DNA of 63,438 nucleotides, the filler included, from Porpidia crustulata (taxonomy: Eukaryota): assembly GCA_964255105.1 (NCBI GenBank). It is 8 parts of 8 records of this genome, joined end to end, with 100 filler letters (N's around TTAATTAATTAA, not from the genome) between each part and the next. Parts side by side here need not be neighbours in the genome. Positions count along the whole stretch, not along the records: positions 1 to 7,872 come from CAXUWE010001222.1; positions 7,973 to 15,834 come from CAXUWE010001223.1; 6 more parts are not named here. The stretch is one strand, 5' to 3'. Of the stretch, positions 1-10,620 are shown piece after piece; the first letter of the stretch is position 1, and each line of letters opens with the position of its first letter. The translations under genes were made by a program, and so were the position numbers. The notes under the pieces are model-generated. The model was given only the letters and a program-made list of their open reading frames with translations, made no database searches and was not told where the DNA came from.

Positions 1-126
1 GTCAATGTGGTCGGAACAAAGGTCAAATCTGACCTGATGAAGAGACGGATACAGACGCCTAAGGCGGATGAGTATATCGAATGGCTTGAGAAGAGTGGGA
101 AAGAGTCGAATAGAGACAACGGCCAC
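1..126 (+). other. Internal fragment resembling tRNA-dihydrouridine(47) synthase Dus3, fused tail-to-tail to the RPS7 fragment
   Basis: Peptide VNVVGTKVKSDLMKRRIQTPKADEYIEWLEKSGKE resembles, from memory, the segment of Pezizomycotina Dus3 just upstream of the catalytic domain. The frame runs into RPS7 antisense sequence and stops at 193-195. Confidence 0.5.
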
Positions 127-491
127 GGGGACGGGAACGAAGATGACGATGGCTTTTTTGCCGTGGCCGACTTCGAGCTGGGAGACGGAGGATGAGTTAG
201 CTATATAGATCTAGAAGCTCGGAAAATAGGGTTTCAAGCTCCACGAGTGGACTGTTCTGCCCGTCCAGATTGACACGTTCGAAGTGCACAATAATCTACG
301 GACGCATCCATTATCTAGAGAATAGGACCCACCTCACGCGCAGAAACAAATTGCAAAGGCCGCAGGGCTGTCTTCATGTCCGGGATATTCGACTCCAGGT
401 CATAGAGAGCATTGGCAATGCTAGTTTCCAGCTCCGACGGATGTTGCCGTGATGGGCTGGTTGCCGCGATCTTATTGAGGGCAGCAGCCAT
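127..491 (-). CDS. RPS7: 40S ribosomal protein S7 (eS7), 5' part only
   Basis: Exon 1 491-333 [33 protein letters not shown]...PLQFVSARE; intron 332-178 (GTGGGT...GCTAAC...CAG); exon 2 177-127 [17 protein letters not shown], after which similarity to eS7 ends abruptly. Confidence 0.92.
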
Positions 492-1302
492 GATTGCGGT
501 CTGAGGACGGAGTAGCTGATGGTGGTGGGTGGATCTGAGTTGTCGTGTTGTGGTGACCGTTCGTAAGGAATTCGCAGTTGTGGGAGCACCTCGCTTAGGT
601 ATCCCTATGGTAAGCGATGAGCGCTCCGTGCACTCCACTTTAGGACTCGCATTTGGCATTCTAGTATTCAAACAATTCCTTACGGATTTGGTATCTTTTA
701 AATAGAAGTTCTTCGTTGGCAGCGGACAAGTAAATCAAGGTCTTCCTGTAAAACAAGAATTTCGATTGCTACGGTTCGGGCTCTCATACTTCTTCGGGAA
801 AAATGTGATCGGTGTACACAAATCTCTGTAGGGTCCATTATATCTGGTCTTGATTTCGATCACAATCAAAATTTCATAGACTAGTTTGATATGACATAAT
901 CAGCTGTATTTGCTTGAAGTTCAGAATGTGGTCCATAGAAATAGTAGCAAATGAGCCAAAATATTCAAGACCACCCAAAACAGCTCTAGATCTACAGCAG
1001 CAAAATTCTCAGACTCCCATGACCTGTGGAATTAAAAAATAAACCATTACTGGAGGACTTATCTAAAATTATTTGAAGCTTTACAATGTCTAGATCTTGT
1101 GGGGGCCTTACTGGCGCTGCAAGTCCTGGACTTTGGCTACGAGACCGTTAGAGTGATATGACAATAACTCTTAAGTCGAGTAATCACATAACAGTGATTC
1201 GTACATACACAAAATCACAGGTAGCCTTCCGAAAGCAAGATGTTGCTCAACTCCATACGCATTACATGTAGATGTGGAACATTATATCCCCTCCGTACAC
1301 CC

Positions 1303-2433
1303 CTATTTCGGCCCTACTTGAGCCCGAATGAATTCTTCATGCATTCGCGCAACTTCTGGGACGATGACAGATTCAATTTCTAATTCTGGCTCCCGAGCGG
1401 CAGGTTCTTCCTCGTGCTTGATTTTCAAATCCAAGGAGGCCAAATTAGGTCTTTGTAAACTACCAGCGGCGCCAGACATACTCTTGATTCGCCTGTGCAT
1501 CGGTACTTGAATCCAGTGTTCTGGAACGTTGGGGGCTATGAAAACGACTTCCCACTTCCTCGTCGAAAGAAGATTCCCAATGACCAGATGGTGCGAATAT
1601 CGATCTAATGCCTTTTGAGCTTTTTCGATCAAAATGGATGGATCCGTTTCAAGCTTGAAGCTTACTATCATCGCCTGCGGTGCCCAGCCATCAACTAAAG
1701 CCTTCAAAAATTTTGGAACAGGATCTAAGTCAATCATAAGCTTCTTACTCTGCGCTTGGACTTCTCTTGAATGATCCAAACTCTCCCCATTGGTATTTTT
1801 CTGGCTAGAAGTCTCCGATGACTGTATTTTGTGCTCAGCTAGCCTGTCCTTGGGGACAAAAAAGTCGGAGACGGCAGCAGCTAGGTAAAGTAGCGCTTTT
1901 CTTCCCAAGGGGTTCAACAGTATGGCTATTTCCCTGAGCTCCCACAAGTATTCTGTGACGGTCACAAAAGGCACTATTAGCAACGTGTTGCTCTGCTTCG
2001 CTTGCTGGTATTTTCTCAGAACCCCCAGCATTTTTTCCTGATACTCCTCATTCACAACCACCTCACCATTACGGCCTTCAGTCATGAAATCAAGGAAACA
2101 GTTCGATGTATGACTGTAATGCCTTGAATATGGCAAGAGAGAGTACTGGCGATGGAGAAAGATGACAGCATATCCAGCATCGAGAAAATACTCTGCTGAG
2201 GTTGCTCCACGCGTACCAGCAGAGAAATTATCGATGAATCGTACAGTCTGGTTTTCTAGAGGAACAATGGTCCCGCCTGATGTGACCAGCACTACACGAC
2301 GATCCAAAGAGCAATGTTCCTCGATGAAGGCCTTGGCAATAGTCACATGAACATGTAGGGTCTTTGGTGGGGCGTGGCTGGCAAAGTAATCACTTTTGGT
2401 GTGGATGGAAGATGATCGATCTGGTGAAGACAT
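1303..2433 (-). CDS. CAB2: Phosphopantothenate--cysteine ligase (CoA biosynthesis, PPCS)
   Basis: Intronless ORF with VTSGGTIVPLE..TVRFIDNFSAGTRGATSAEYFL, YLAAAVSDFF and VSFKLETD motifs. First ATG at 2433. Confidence 0.93.
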   Translation of the reverse strand: MSSPDRSSSIHTKSDYFASHAPPKTLHVHVTIAKAFIEEHCSLDRRVVLVTSGGTIVPLENQTVRFIDNFSAGTRGATSAEYFLDAGYAVIFLHRQYSLLPYSRHYSHTSNCFLDFMTEGRNGEVVVNEEYQEKMLGVLRKYQQAKQSNTLLIVPFVTVTEYLWELREIAILLNPLGRKALLYLAAAVSDFFVPKDRLAEHKIQSSETSSQKNTNGESLDHSREVQAQSKKLMIDLDPVPKFLKALVDGWAPQAMIVSFKLETDPSILIEKAQKALDRYSHHLVIGNLLSTRKWEVVFIAPNVPEHWIQVPMHRRIKSMSGAAGSLQRPNLASLDLKIKHEEEPAAREPELEIESVIVPEVARMHEEFIRAQVGPK

Positions 2434-3497
2434 GGTGTTTTGCTGAGTCAAGTGTAGCGGCTCAGTCTATGGTGCCGTCCCGTTGGAGACTGAAGGTAAT
2501 AAAGCTAAAGGTGCGGTAGTACGCAGCAGAATGTTGGCTGTCCCAAACCTTGTTTGCCACCGCGTAATCTAGCGATATTGGCCTTGCGGAGCAACCTCCG
2601 CAGCTAGACCCCAAGCAGATGATCTTCATTGGCCGTCGACCCATCGGCCATCGGCGGGGATCCAGCCGACTCTCCGTACAACTTGATTTCACCTACTCCC
2701 ATGTTCGTCTAATCGTGATACCGGGCAACCCTCCGCAAACCGACATCTTGATGAGAAGACTGTTACCTTCCAGTCACTCCCCTCCATGGAACATACGTTG
2801 CTTCTCATGGTGGAAAAAAAGCACACGAAATGGTACGTTGACGTGCCTTGTGAATGCTGTTGTGTGACAAACAACCGAGTTCAAAGATTCCTATGTTGGC
2901 CACACGGAGCCATCTCCTGGCGCCACGGCAGATATCTATCAACTCAATGCCCACTCGCCCCTCACGCTCTCGCATCCCTCCAACCGCCTCGCGTGTTCTC
3001 CTAGCTTCTCTCACCTTCCATGTAGTCAACCCAACTGTAATCCATTGCCCTACCGCTGCAGGGACGTTCAGGTTCCAATTGCTTTGGCTAGGCGCGAATC
3101 TCTGGTCTGGGATGGATGACCTTCCCGCCTCTGAGTGGTAGGCTCCTAGCGCACCGGCTGTCAGTAGATCTTCTGTAGGCCTAATATCCACCATTATTGC
3201 CCCACGGCTCATCTTTCAATGTGCTCCCAAACGCAGATCGTGAAAGAGTATCCCGATCACCACTGAATCGGTGTACTCTGGCGCAATTTCTGAGGTCACT
3301 GAGATCGAACTCTGCTTCGAGCAAGTCTCAGATAATCCCGGAAAATCCGGGAGGCGAATTGCTGTCAACATGACCTCCGGGGTAAGTCAACCAGAAATGC
3401 GCCGCGTTCCTCACCCAAATCACCAGGTGCATTGGTTTTCCCCTCGAACAGTAACGAGCGTCGTCTCATTATTCAATTTGTAGCAGCTTCTTCTACA

Positions 3498-6387
3498 ATG
3501 CAGGACGGTCGTAAAAGAATCATCAATAGAACAGACGTAAGCCAGCCAGGAAAGCGAAAAACTCCCATGTCTTCATTAGACGTACCTCTTCCGTCCTTGC
3601 AACCCACGCAACATCCACCGCCCCCTTTGACGCAAAATCCAGGCAGAGCTTTTCAGATCCCAACGCTTCCGCAATCTCCGAGAGTTGCACACCAACGTGT
3701 TGCAAAGATAGCCATCCCTCGATTACACCGCGGTAGTGAGGGTGCCTCTTTCGGAGGATCATCTACTGTTGGGGACAAACACCGGGTCAGCCATGCCTGT
3801 GAGCCGTGCAGGCACAGGAAAACAAAGTGCAGCGGGGAAAGACCAGTATGCAAACACTGCGAGGACTTCAGGATCACTTGTGTGTATGGGGACGGGAAAC
3901 GGGACAGAACGAAGAAGTGGTTCTCGCTGAACGCTTATCTATGGCGGAGAGGCTGACGATGTGATAGAGAATTTGGGACTATGGCTAGTCGAGTTGAAGA
4001 GTACGAGAAACTCCTCAAGGAGCTCAGTCACCGGGTGAATATATCAGATCAAATTTTGATCCGGAAAGCATTGGACAAGGTTGGTTCTGCGATCCTGTGC
4101 AATCGTAAACAATGGATACTCACGCACTGTCGAAGGAATCTACGCCAGATGATGATGATGGGCTCTCCGTTGCCAGCTCCAAGAATGCGTACATGACGAA
4201 CAGAATGGTAGACGATTTTGATCAGCCAGGTAGCGGGGACCACGGCGAAAGCTACGTAAATGCTCGTGTAGGATCCACCGCGTCTCTAGATCGTATCAAT
4301 GAGGATTACAACCGGAGTGCCGCTTCTCGAGCGACGGGTTTCATGGGTAAAAGTGCGGAGGTCACGTGGATGCAAAGGCTGAAAAAAAGACAAGAAAGGC
4401 TCGGTTCGGAAAGCGGCGAAAACGAGGATCAGCCAACTGGCGACGGCGGGACAACCTCACAACATTTTGCGAACGGCCTGCAACACCTCAACAGCGGCTT
4501 CTACAAAAAAGGTGGGAGCAGTCCACGAGTCAGCGAATCAACATATCATTGCGATGATCTTACGGTTCTTATCCCGGATCAGGTTGATCCTTTCGAGATC
4601 CCACCCAGGCATACTGCGACTGCGCTTTTCCAAAACTACCTAGATACTGTTCATCCTGCGTTTCCTATCATCGGCAAGGTCACCTTCACGAATCAATTCA
4701 ACACTTTCCTCGATAATGATAAAGTCAATACCGGCCATAATTGGTTGGCCATCTTGAACTTGATATTCGCCATCACCGCCAAGTACTCTCACTTGGTACA
4801 GGCCGAGTGGAGGGGGGATGAGAGGGACCACCTGATCTATTTCACTAGAGCTCGAATCCTTGGCTTCAATGGGGAGACGATCTTGAGCCATGCCGAGTTA
4901 CAGCGAGTGCAGATTACGGGGTTGATGGCATTCTATCTAATGGCGAGTAACCAGATTAACCGGTAAGCAGCTTCTTGCGCTGGAATTCTTAAAGCTAATG
5001 TTCGACACAAAGAGCATGGTCTATCAGTGGCATTGCCATCAGGCATGCGGTCACTCTTGGTCTGAACCTCCGAAACGAGAATAAAAAGGTGACTGAGTCA
5101 TCCAAGGAAATTCGATATCGGGTCTGGTGGGCTATGTGCTCTACCGAGCGCATCCTTGCAGTCATGACTGGGCGTCCTACGTCAATTCTTGAGAGAGATT
5201 GTACTGCGCCGCTGCCAATGCCCATCGATGAAGATGCAATTTTCAATAAGGAAGGTCCAGCCGGCAGCGCTTTTAAGTTAAGACGTTATTCCTCTAGCCA
5301 GGATACCGCCTCTACGTCGTCATCGAACACTTCTCCAGTGAATTCTTTTTCACCTCTATCCCAACACTCCGGGAGCGAAAGAATCCGAGGGATTGCTCCA
5401 AACCATGCGATGTATTTTCTATACCACACAAAGTTGAGCATCCTCACTAACGAAGTTTTGAATCGGCTTTATCGTGCAGGAGTCATCTCCGAATCATGGG
5501 AAGGGATACAGTCAATTATTTCTATCCTCGAATCCAAGTTGGAGCAATGGCGATCCGAATTACCGTCCGTATTTGACTTTACTAAGAAACAGCGAGACCA
5601 ACAATTTGTCCGTCAACGGATGAGCTTGGGCTTCTTCTATTACAGCACTCTTACGATAATCAATCGCCCGTGTCTTTGTAAGGTCGATCGAGACATTCCA
5701 AATGAGTCTGGAGAAGCTATTGAATTCAATCGCTCTGCTGCCGTCAGCTGTGTACATGCAGCGAAGGACATGATGGAGATGCTTCCCAAGGAGCCGAATC
5801 CCATTGGTCTCTACAAGGTCGCTCCATGGTGGTGCCTCGTTCACCATCTTATGCAAGCTGCGACAATCCTGATGCTTGAATTATCCTTCCGCTCGGAACA
5901 CTTACCTTTTGAAGCTGAAGAACTTCTGGGCATTGCTAACAAGGCAATTCATTGGCTGAAGAGTATGTCACAGGAAAATGTTGCGGCGCACCGAGCTTGG
6001 GTGTTATGTGATGACATGTTACGAAGGGTTGCTCCAAGGATTGGTAGGACTCTTACCGACTTGCCAACGGCGATGAACAATTTGGTAGACGGGATGGAGA
6101 ATCAATTCGCTGCTACTGCTTTACCTCAAGATGGGACTGGATCACAAAATTGTTCGACGCACTTCCCAGACCCCAGCTACTATGCAGGAATGCAACCTCA
6201 AATCTCGTCCTCGGCATACGACGATTTCTCATCCTTTGGCCAGACAACAACCTCATTCTCTTCACCACATACGACCACCATGTTTCCTGTCTCGAACGGA
6301 ATGGATGCCATGATTGCCGAAGAGCCTCCAGGACAAAGGTTTGCATCTGGATATGGCCAAGAATGGAACCTTAGTGATGATAATTGA
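3498..6387 (+). CDS. Zn2Cys6 (GAL4-like) transcription factor with fungal-specific TF middle domain
   Basis: ACEPCRHRKTKCSGERPVCKHCEDFRITCVY zinc cluster; YLDTVHPAFPII and RYRVWW..TGRP middle-domain motifs. Frame-consistent introns 3917-3967, 4080-4135, 4963-5012. Start uncertain (ATG 3498 or 3567). Confidence 0.88.
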
Positions 6388-7872
6388 GTGGTCCTACACT
6401 GTATATTAGCATCGGCTTCCCACGGTTGTCTTTGCTTTGCCTAATTTTCTTTGCTTTCAGCTCATGATTTATGATCCTCATGCTTTGTAGCGAGATACCC
6501 CGATACACTGGACTTTCCTTTGTTCTCCAGTGCATGGTGGAATTTTGGTGTTGGAGTTTGTAATCGATCCATGGCTAGTACGCTTTGATGTTTCCGCCGA
6601 GTGCGCTCTCATAGTATAATAGATTAGCTGATACTGTCATATAGTGCCCACGTGAGGGAACTGGGCCACGCATATGTGGTTCCAATGATTACATTTGCTA
6701 GAATGTCTTTCCTGCTCAGTTTCATATTTCAAGAAATAAATGATTACCTCGTCAATCGGGGAGATCCCGGACTTCACGAGCAACGTGTTTCCTTTCAAAA
6801 GCGTTGAAAAAACTTGGCTACTGGTGGTGTTATCATTCTTGCTACTATTATATAGGCGGCTCCTTAAATAGAAGATTCCCTCAAACTCACTTTCAGACGG
6901 TGCCCAGCCCCGAAGAGGTTCAAACTCGTTCCACGCGCAGTGTCCACCTCCATCTCGAACTCGACTACCACCCTAACGATCTTCAGGGACTACGCGATCC
7001 ATCCGTGCATCTCAACAACCGCACTTATCGCTTTCACAACGCCTTCCCCCTTCGCAAACCTTATCCCGATCACTACTCAGTCCCAGCTCCTGACCTCGTA
7101 CAACACCCACCTAACCGACTGCCCTTCATCCCCTCCAGCCTCCCCAACATCAGTTTCTTCTCTCTACTCAACTCCTTACTCAATTTTGAACGCGAAATCC
7201 CAGGAGCCAGTGATCGCTCTCACGGCTGCTTACCTCGCACAGTGCTAAAGTCATAAGGTTTTCTTCGTCACCGATTGCGGCCGTTGAAGCTGGAGCGACT
7301 CCAAACTTGAAGCTCGGAGCAACAGCGCCGAGAATTGGAGAGGGAGTACAGGACAAATCAGGCGCGGGAACAGTTGACCCGCTATGTACGACAAAAGCTA
7401 CGCAGAAGGTGAATTAGGCATGGGAGTCCCAAAGTGGATCATTTGAATCTTTGCCTCAAATATCATGGAAGATTCATGTCGTACTTGGCAAAATGGGTGA
7501 ATCAAGACATTTGACGGAAATGTTCAAAGGCTAGGATCTGTAGACTACTGTTGTTTAGTGCTAGAACCTCACCAGCCATACTTTTGCCAATAAAGTTAAC
7601 TTGGCGTTCAAAAACGCATGTGAGGTTAGATGGTTAGAATTCTTCGAATCCTAGAATCCCTCCTGTGATAAATTGTTCTAGAAAGTGGCAGAAACACTGA
7701 TTTTGCGGATTGAGTGATTAGGTAAGCATCAAACCTCTCACAAATGCAAGAAATCCTTTCCCAACAACCATATCCACCGTTGCGCAAACAGCCTATGCTC
7801 TCGAAGTCTCCTCCCATCACCTGAACCAGGGGCATGGCATTCCTCCAACAACCCACCCCATCAGCCATGACC

Positions 7873-7972
7873 NNNNNNNNNNNNNNNNNNNNNNNNNNNN
7901 NNNNNNNNNNNNNNNNTTAATTAATTAANNNNNNNNNNNNNNNNNNNNNNNNNNNNNNNNNNNNNNNNNNNN
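7873..7972. other. Artificial contig spacer
   Basis: 44 N + TTAATTAATTAA (stop codons in all six frames) + 44 N. Confidence 0.99.
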
Positions 7973-8020
7973 AGGAAAGGAAGGGAAGGAAAGGAAGGGA
8001 AGGGGGGGGGAAGATGTACT

Positions 8021-10254
8021 TTCGGTGCGGCCGCCGAAATTGCCGTCTTCGTAGTAGCCGGGTTCTAGAAGAAGTAGTCAGTGTGGAAGGGGTGGGGATT
8101 CTAGGATTGGAAAGGAGGTTACCGTCGGATATGACGTTGCCAATCGAGAGGGCGACTTCGGAGTATTGGATGCGGGTGCCGACGCCTATGGGGCCTTCGT
8201 GGACGTTCTGTCGAGGGCTGAGTAAGTACATGACAGAGTTTTGGGTTGAGATGCTGGCTTACGAGGTATGATCCTACGCCATGACCCGTTCCGTGCCTGT
8301 AGTCTAATCCTTCTTCCCACAAGAATTGGCGTGCCAGCGTATCTAGAGCGAAGCCGCTCGTGCCCTTGGGGAAGACCGCTTTATCTAGAGCAATGGTGCC
8401 TTTGAGAACGAGAGTGTAAGCTTTTCGTTCCATACTGGTGGGCTCCCCAAAATGTAGGGTGCGAGTGGTGTCTGTTGTGCCATCGTAGTACTGTGCTCCG
8501 GAGTCGCAGAGGTAGATTGCTTTTGGGTCGATGGTCGAACAGCTGCCTTTTTCGGGTTTGTAGTGGATTACGGCGGCGTTGGGGCCTGTGGAGGAGATGG
8601 CGTCGAAGGATAGGCCAACGAAATTTTTGTGTTTTCTGAAAGATATTCAAGTAAGAAATGTAATTGACCTAGACTGTGAGAGAAGACTTACGATCGGATT
8701 TGCTCCAGCTTATCTGCTCCTTGGACCTCATCGAGTTTGGTCGACTTGACGACTAATTCCTCCTCTAACCAAGCGAAGTATTCGCACAACGCGGCTCCAT
8801 CTCGGATATGGCACTGTCTCATCCCTTCCAGTTCTGTCTTGTTCTTGATGGCTTTGGCATCGCCAATCGGACTTCTCACTTCGTCAACGTTTTCTTCGCC
8901 GCCAAGATCGAGGATGAGAGCCCAGGATGCTTTGGTGGATATCATGAACTTCTTTTTTGGTGTCGTCGAAGGTCCATCTCCATTTGTCGAAGTTGACGTT
9001 AGCGACTTGCCCAAACTCCGGTTGTCTTCAAATATTGCGTCGTACGGCCTGACATGGACACTATCACCGAGATGGCTTTGTACTTCGTCGCTAAATTTAC
9101 TGGAGTTGACGTAGAGAGTTGCGCTTGTAGGTGTGATGGTTGCATAAGAAAAGAAGACTGGGTTGTAAGGAATACTGTAATTATTAAGTTGTTGTCTCAG
9201 TAGATTTAATTGTTGGCTAAGCCTACTCATTTCCTCGAAGGTTAAAGAGCCATGCGACTTCATCCAGCATTGCTGTGGTAGAAACTTAATTAGTCAAAGG
9301 TCTTTCAGAGGAGTAAATCAGATTGGCCATCACTTGGTACGTACACACGATCAAGCCAGCACTCTTCTTCTTTTCAAGCTCTTTCCTTAAGTCTTCTATT
9401 TTCTCTTGAAACTTCTTGCCGGAAAACTCGAGACCTAGCGCTTTGACCTTCTCATTTGGTCGTGGTGGACGATCTTGGCCCCAAATCTGGTCAACAAGAT
9501 TGGCTTTTACTCCCACAAGTGTAGAGCCGCCTTTCTTCTTGATCTTCTCCGTAAGTTTCCGAGCCTCAGCTGTTTCTCATTAATACATTGAATAGACTGT
9601 GAGTTCTGGCATTATTTTCTTACGGGCTGTGATCACGGTTGGATCCACACCAACGGTCTTCTTGCCTCCAGATTGCTCTGCCGTCCTATGCATCATTAGA
9701 TCAAAAATTCTCTCGCAGGCAGTGGGGTGACTGACCATTCTTGCCAAGTAGGAACATCCTCTATACCCTGCTTCAAGAGATGCCAGTTGTTGTCAAGCTG
9801 TTGGGATGCTTGATTGAAGTATCGTCCGTCTGTTGCCAAGGCTGCTTTTTCCAATGTGACGACAGCAGTGCCCGCTGAGCCTGAAAACCCGGATATAAAT
9901 TCTAAGATAATGAGCATGACTCTACGTAAATGCGAACGATGAAATCCAACCTCGGCGCGCATCACAAGGAGCAATATATTCAGATTGATGGCTGTCTTCG
10001 GATGGGATAACTTAAGACAGTGAGACAAAGTTTCAATAAGAGGATCTGCTATTGTTCATACTATATACGTCTACTTTGTGCTCCTTCATGAGATTCCGTA
10101 GCTTTCGCAAGCGTTCTGTTGTATTCACCGTCTCCATTTCGATTGCTAAGATTCGAGTCGTAGAAAAGCTCTTTCTGACAAGACGGGTTGAAAAGCGACT
10201 AAACGGCGCAGGAACTTGAAAAGAATAGCAAGAGAAGATACGCAATAGTTTCAT
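8021..10254 (-). CDS. Xaa-Pro aminopeptidase P (M24B, AmpP/Fra1-like), 3' end truncated by contig edge
   Basis: Spliced exons give [64 protein letters not shown] and [11 protein letters not shown]. Two in-frame ATGs (10254, 10137). Confidence 0.93.
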
Positions 10255-10620
10255 TGAAGTATCTTAATGAAATTGGGTGCATGAGGGACTAAAGATTGCA
10301 GAGGCACTGTCCCGTTTTATCTACTCAATACACGTGCTAGCCGTTCCAGGATGACACGTAATGAAGGTATCCAACACTCTTGAAACACAAAGACATTTAG
10401 CTAAATCAGAGCTCCGGACTCAGTACCTATCCATTTCCGTATTCTTTTGAATTCCGATCCAATGGACTTAGATACCGAAGGCTTCAAGCGATCGCCCGTG
10501 ATTTACTATGCTACTCACTGTAACAGCCAAAATCGCCGACTTGCAAATACTCTAATTAAAATGTCTGAGAAGCACTCCTGGACTCAAATGATTGATACGT
10601 AAAAGACAGATCGCCAGATA

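Noticed and set aside
6804..7420. Overlapping 100-150 aa ORFs downstream of the Zn2Cys6 gene
   Set aside because: No ATG start, no recognisable motif and no convincing splice model.
7973..8040. Aminopeptidase P motif FGIRIE appears as FGGRTE
   Set aside because: Within about 60 bp of a contig edge next to a polypurine tract; more likely low-quality sequence than a real variant.
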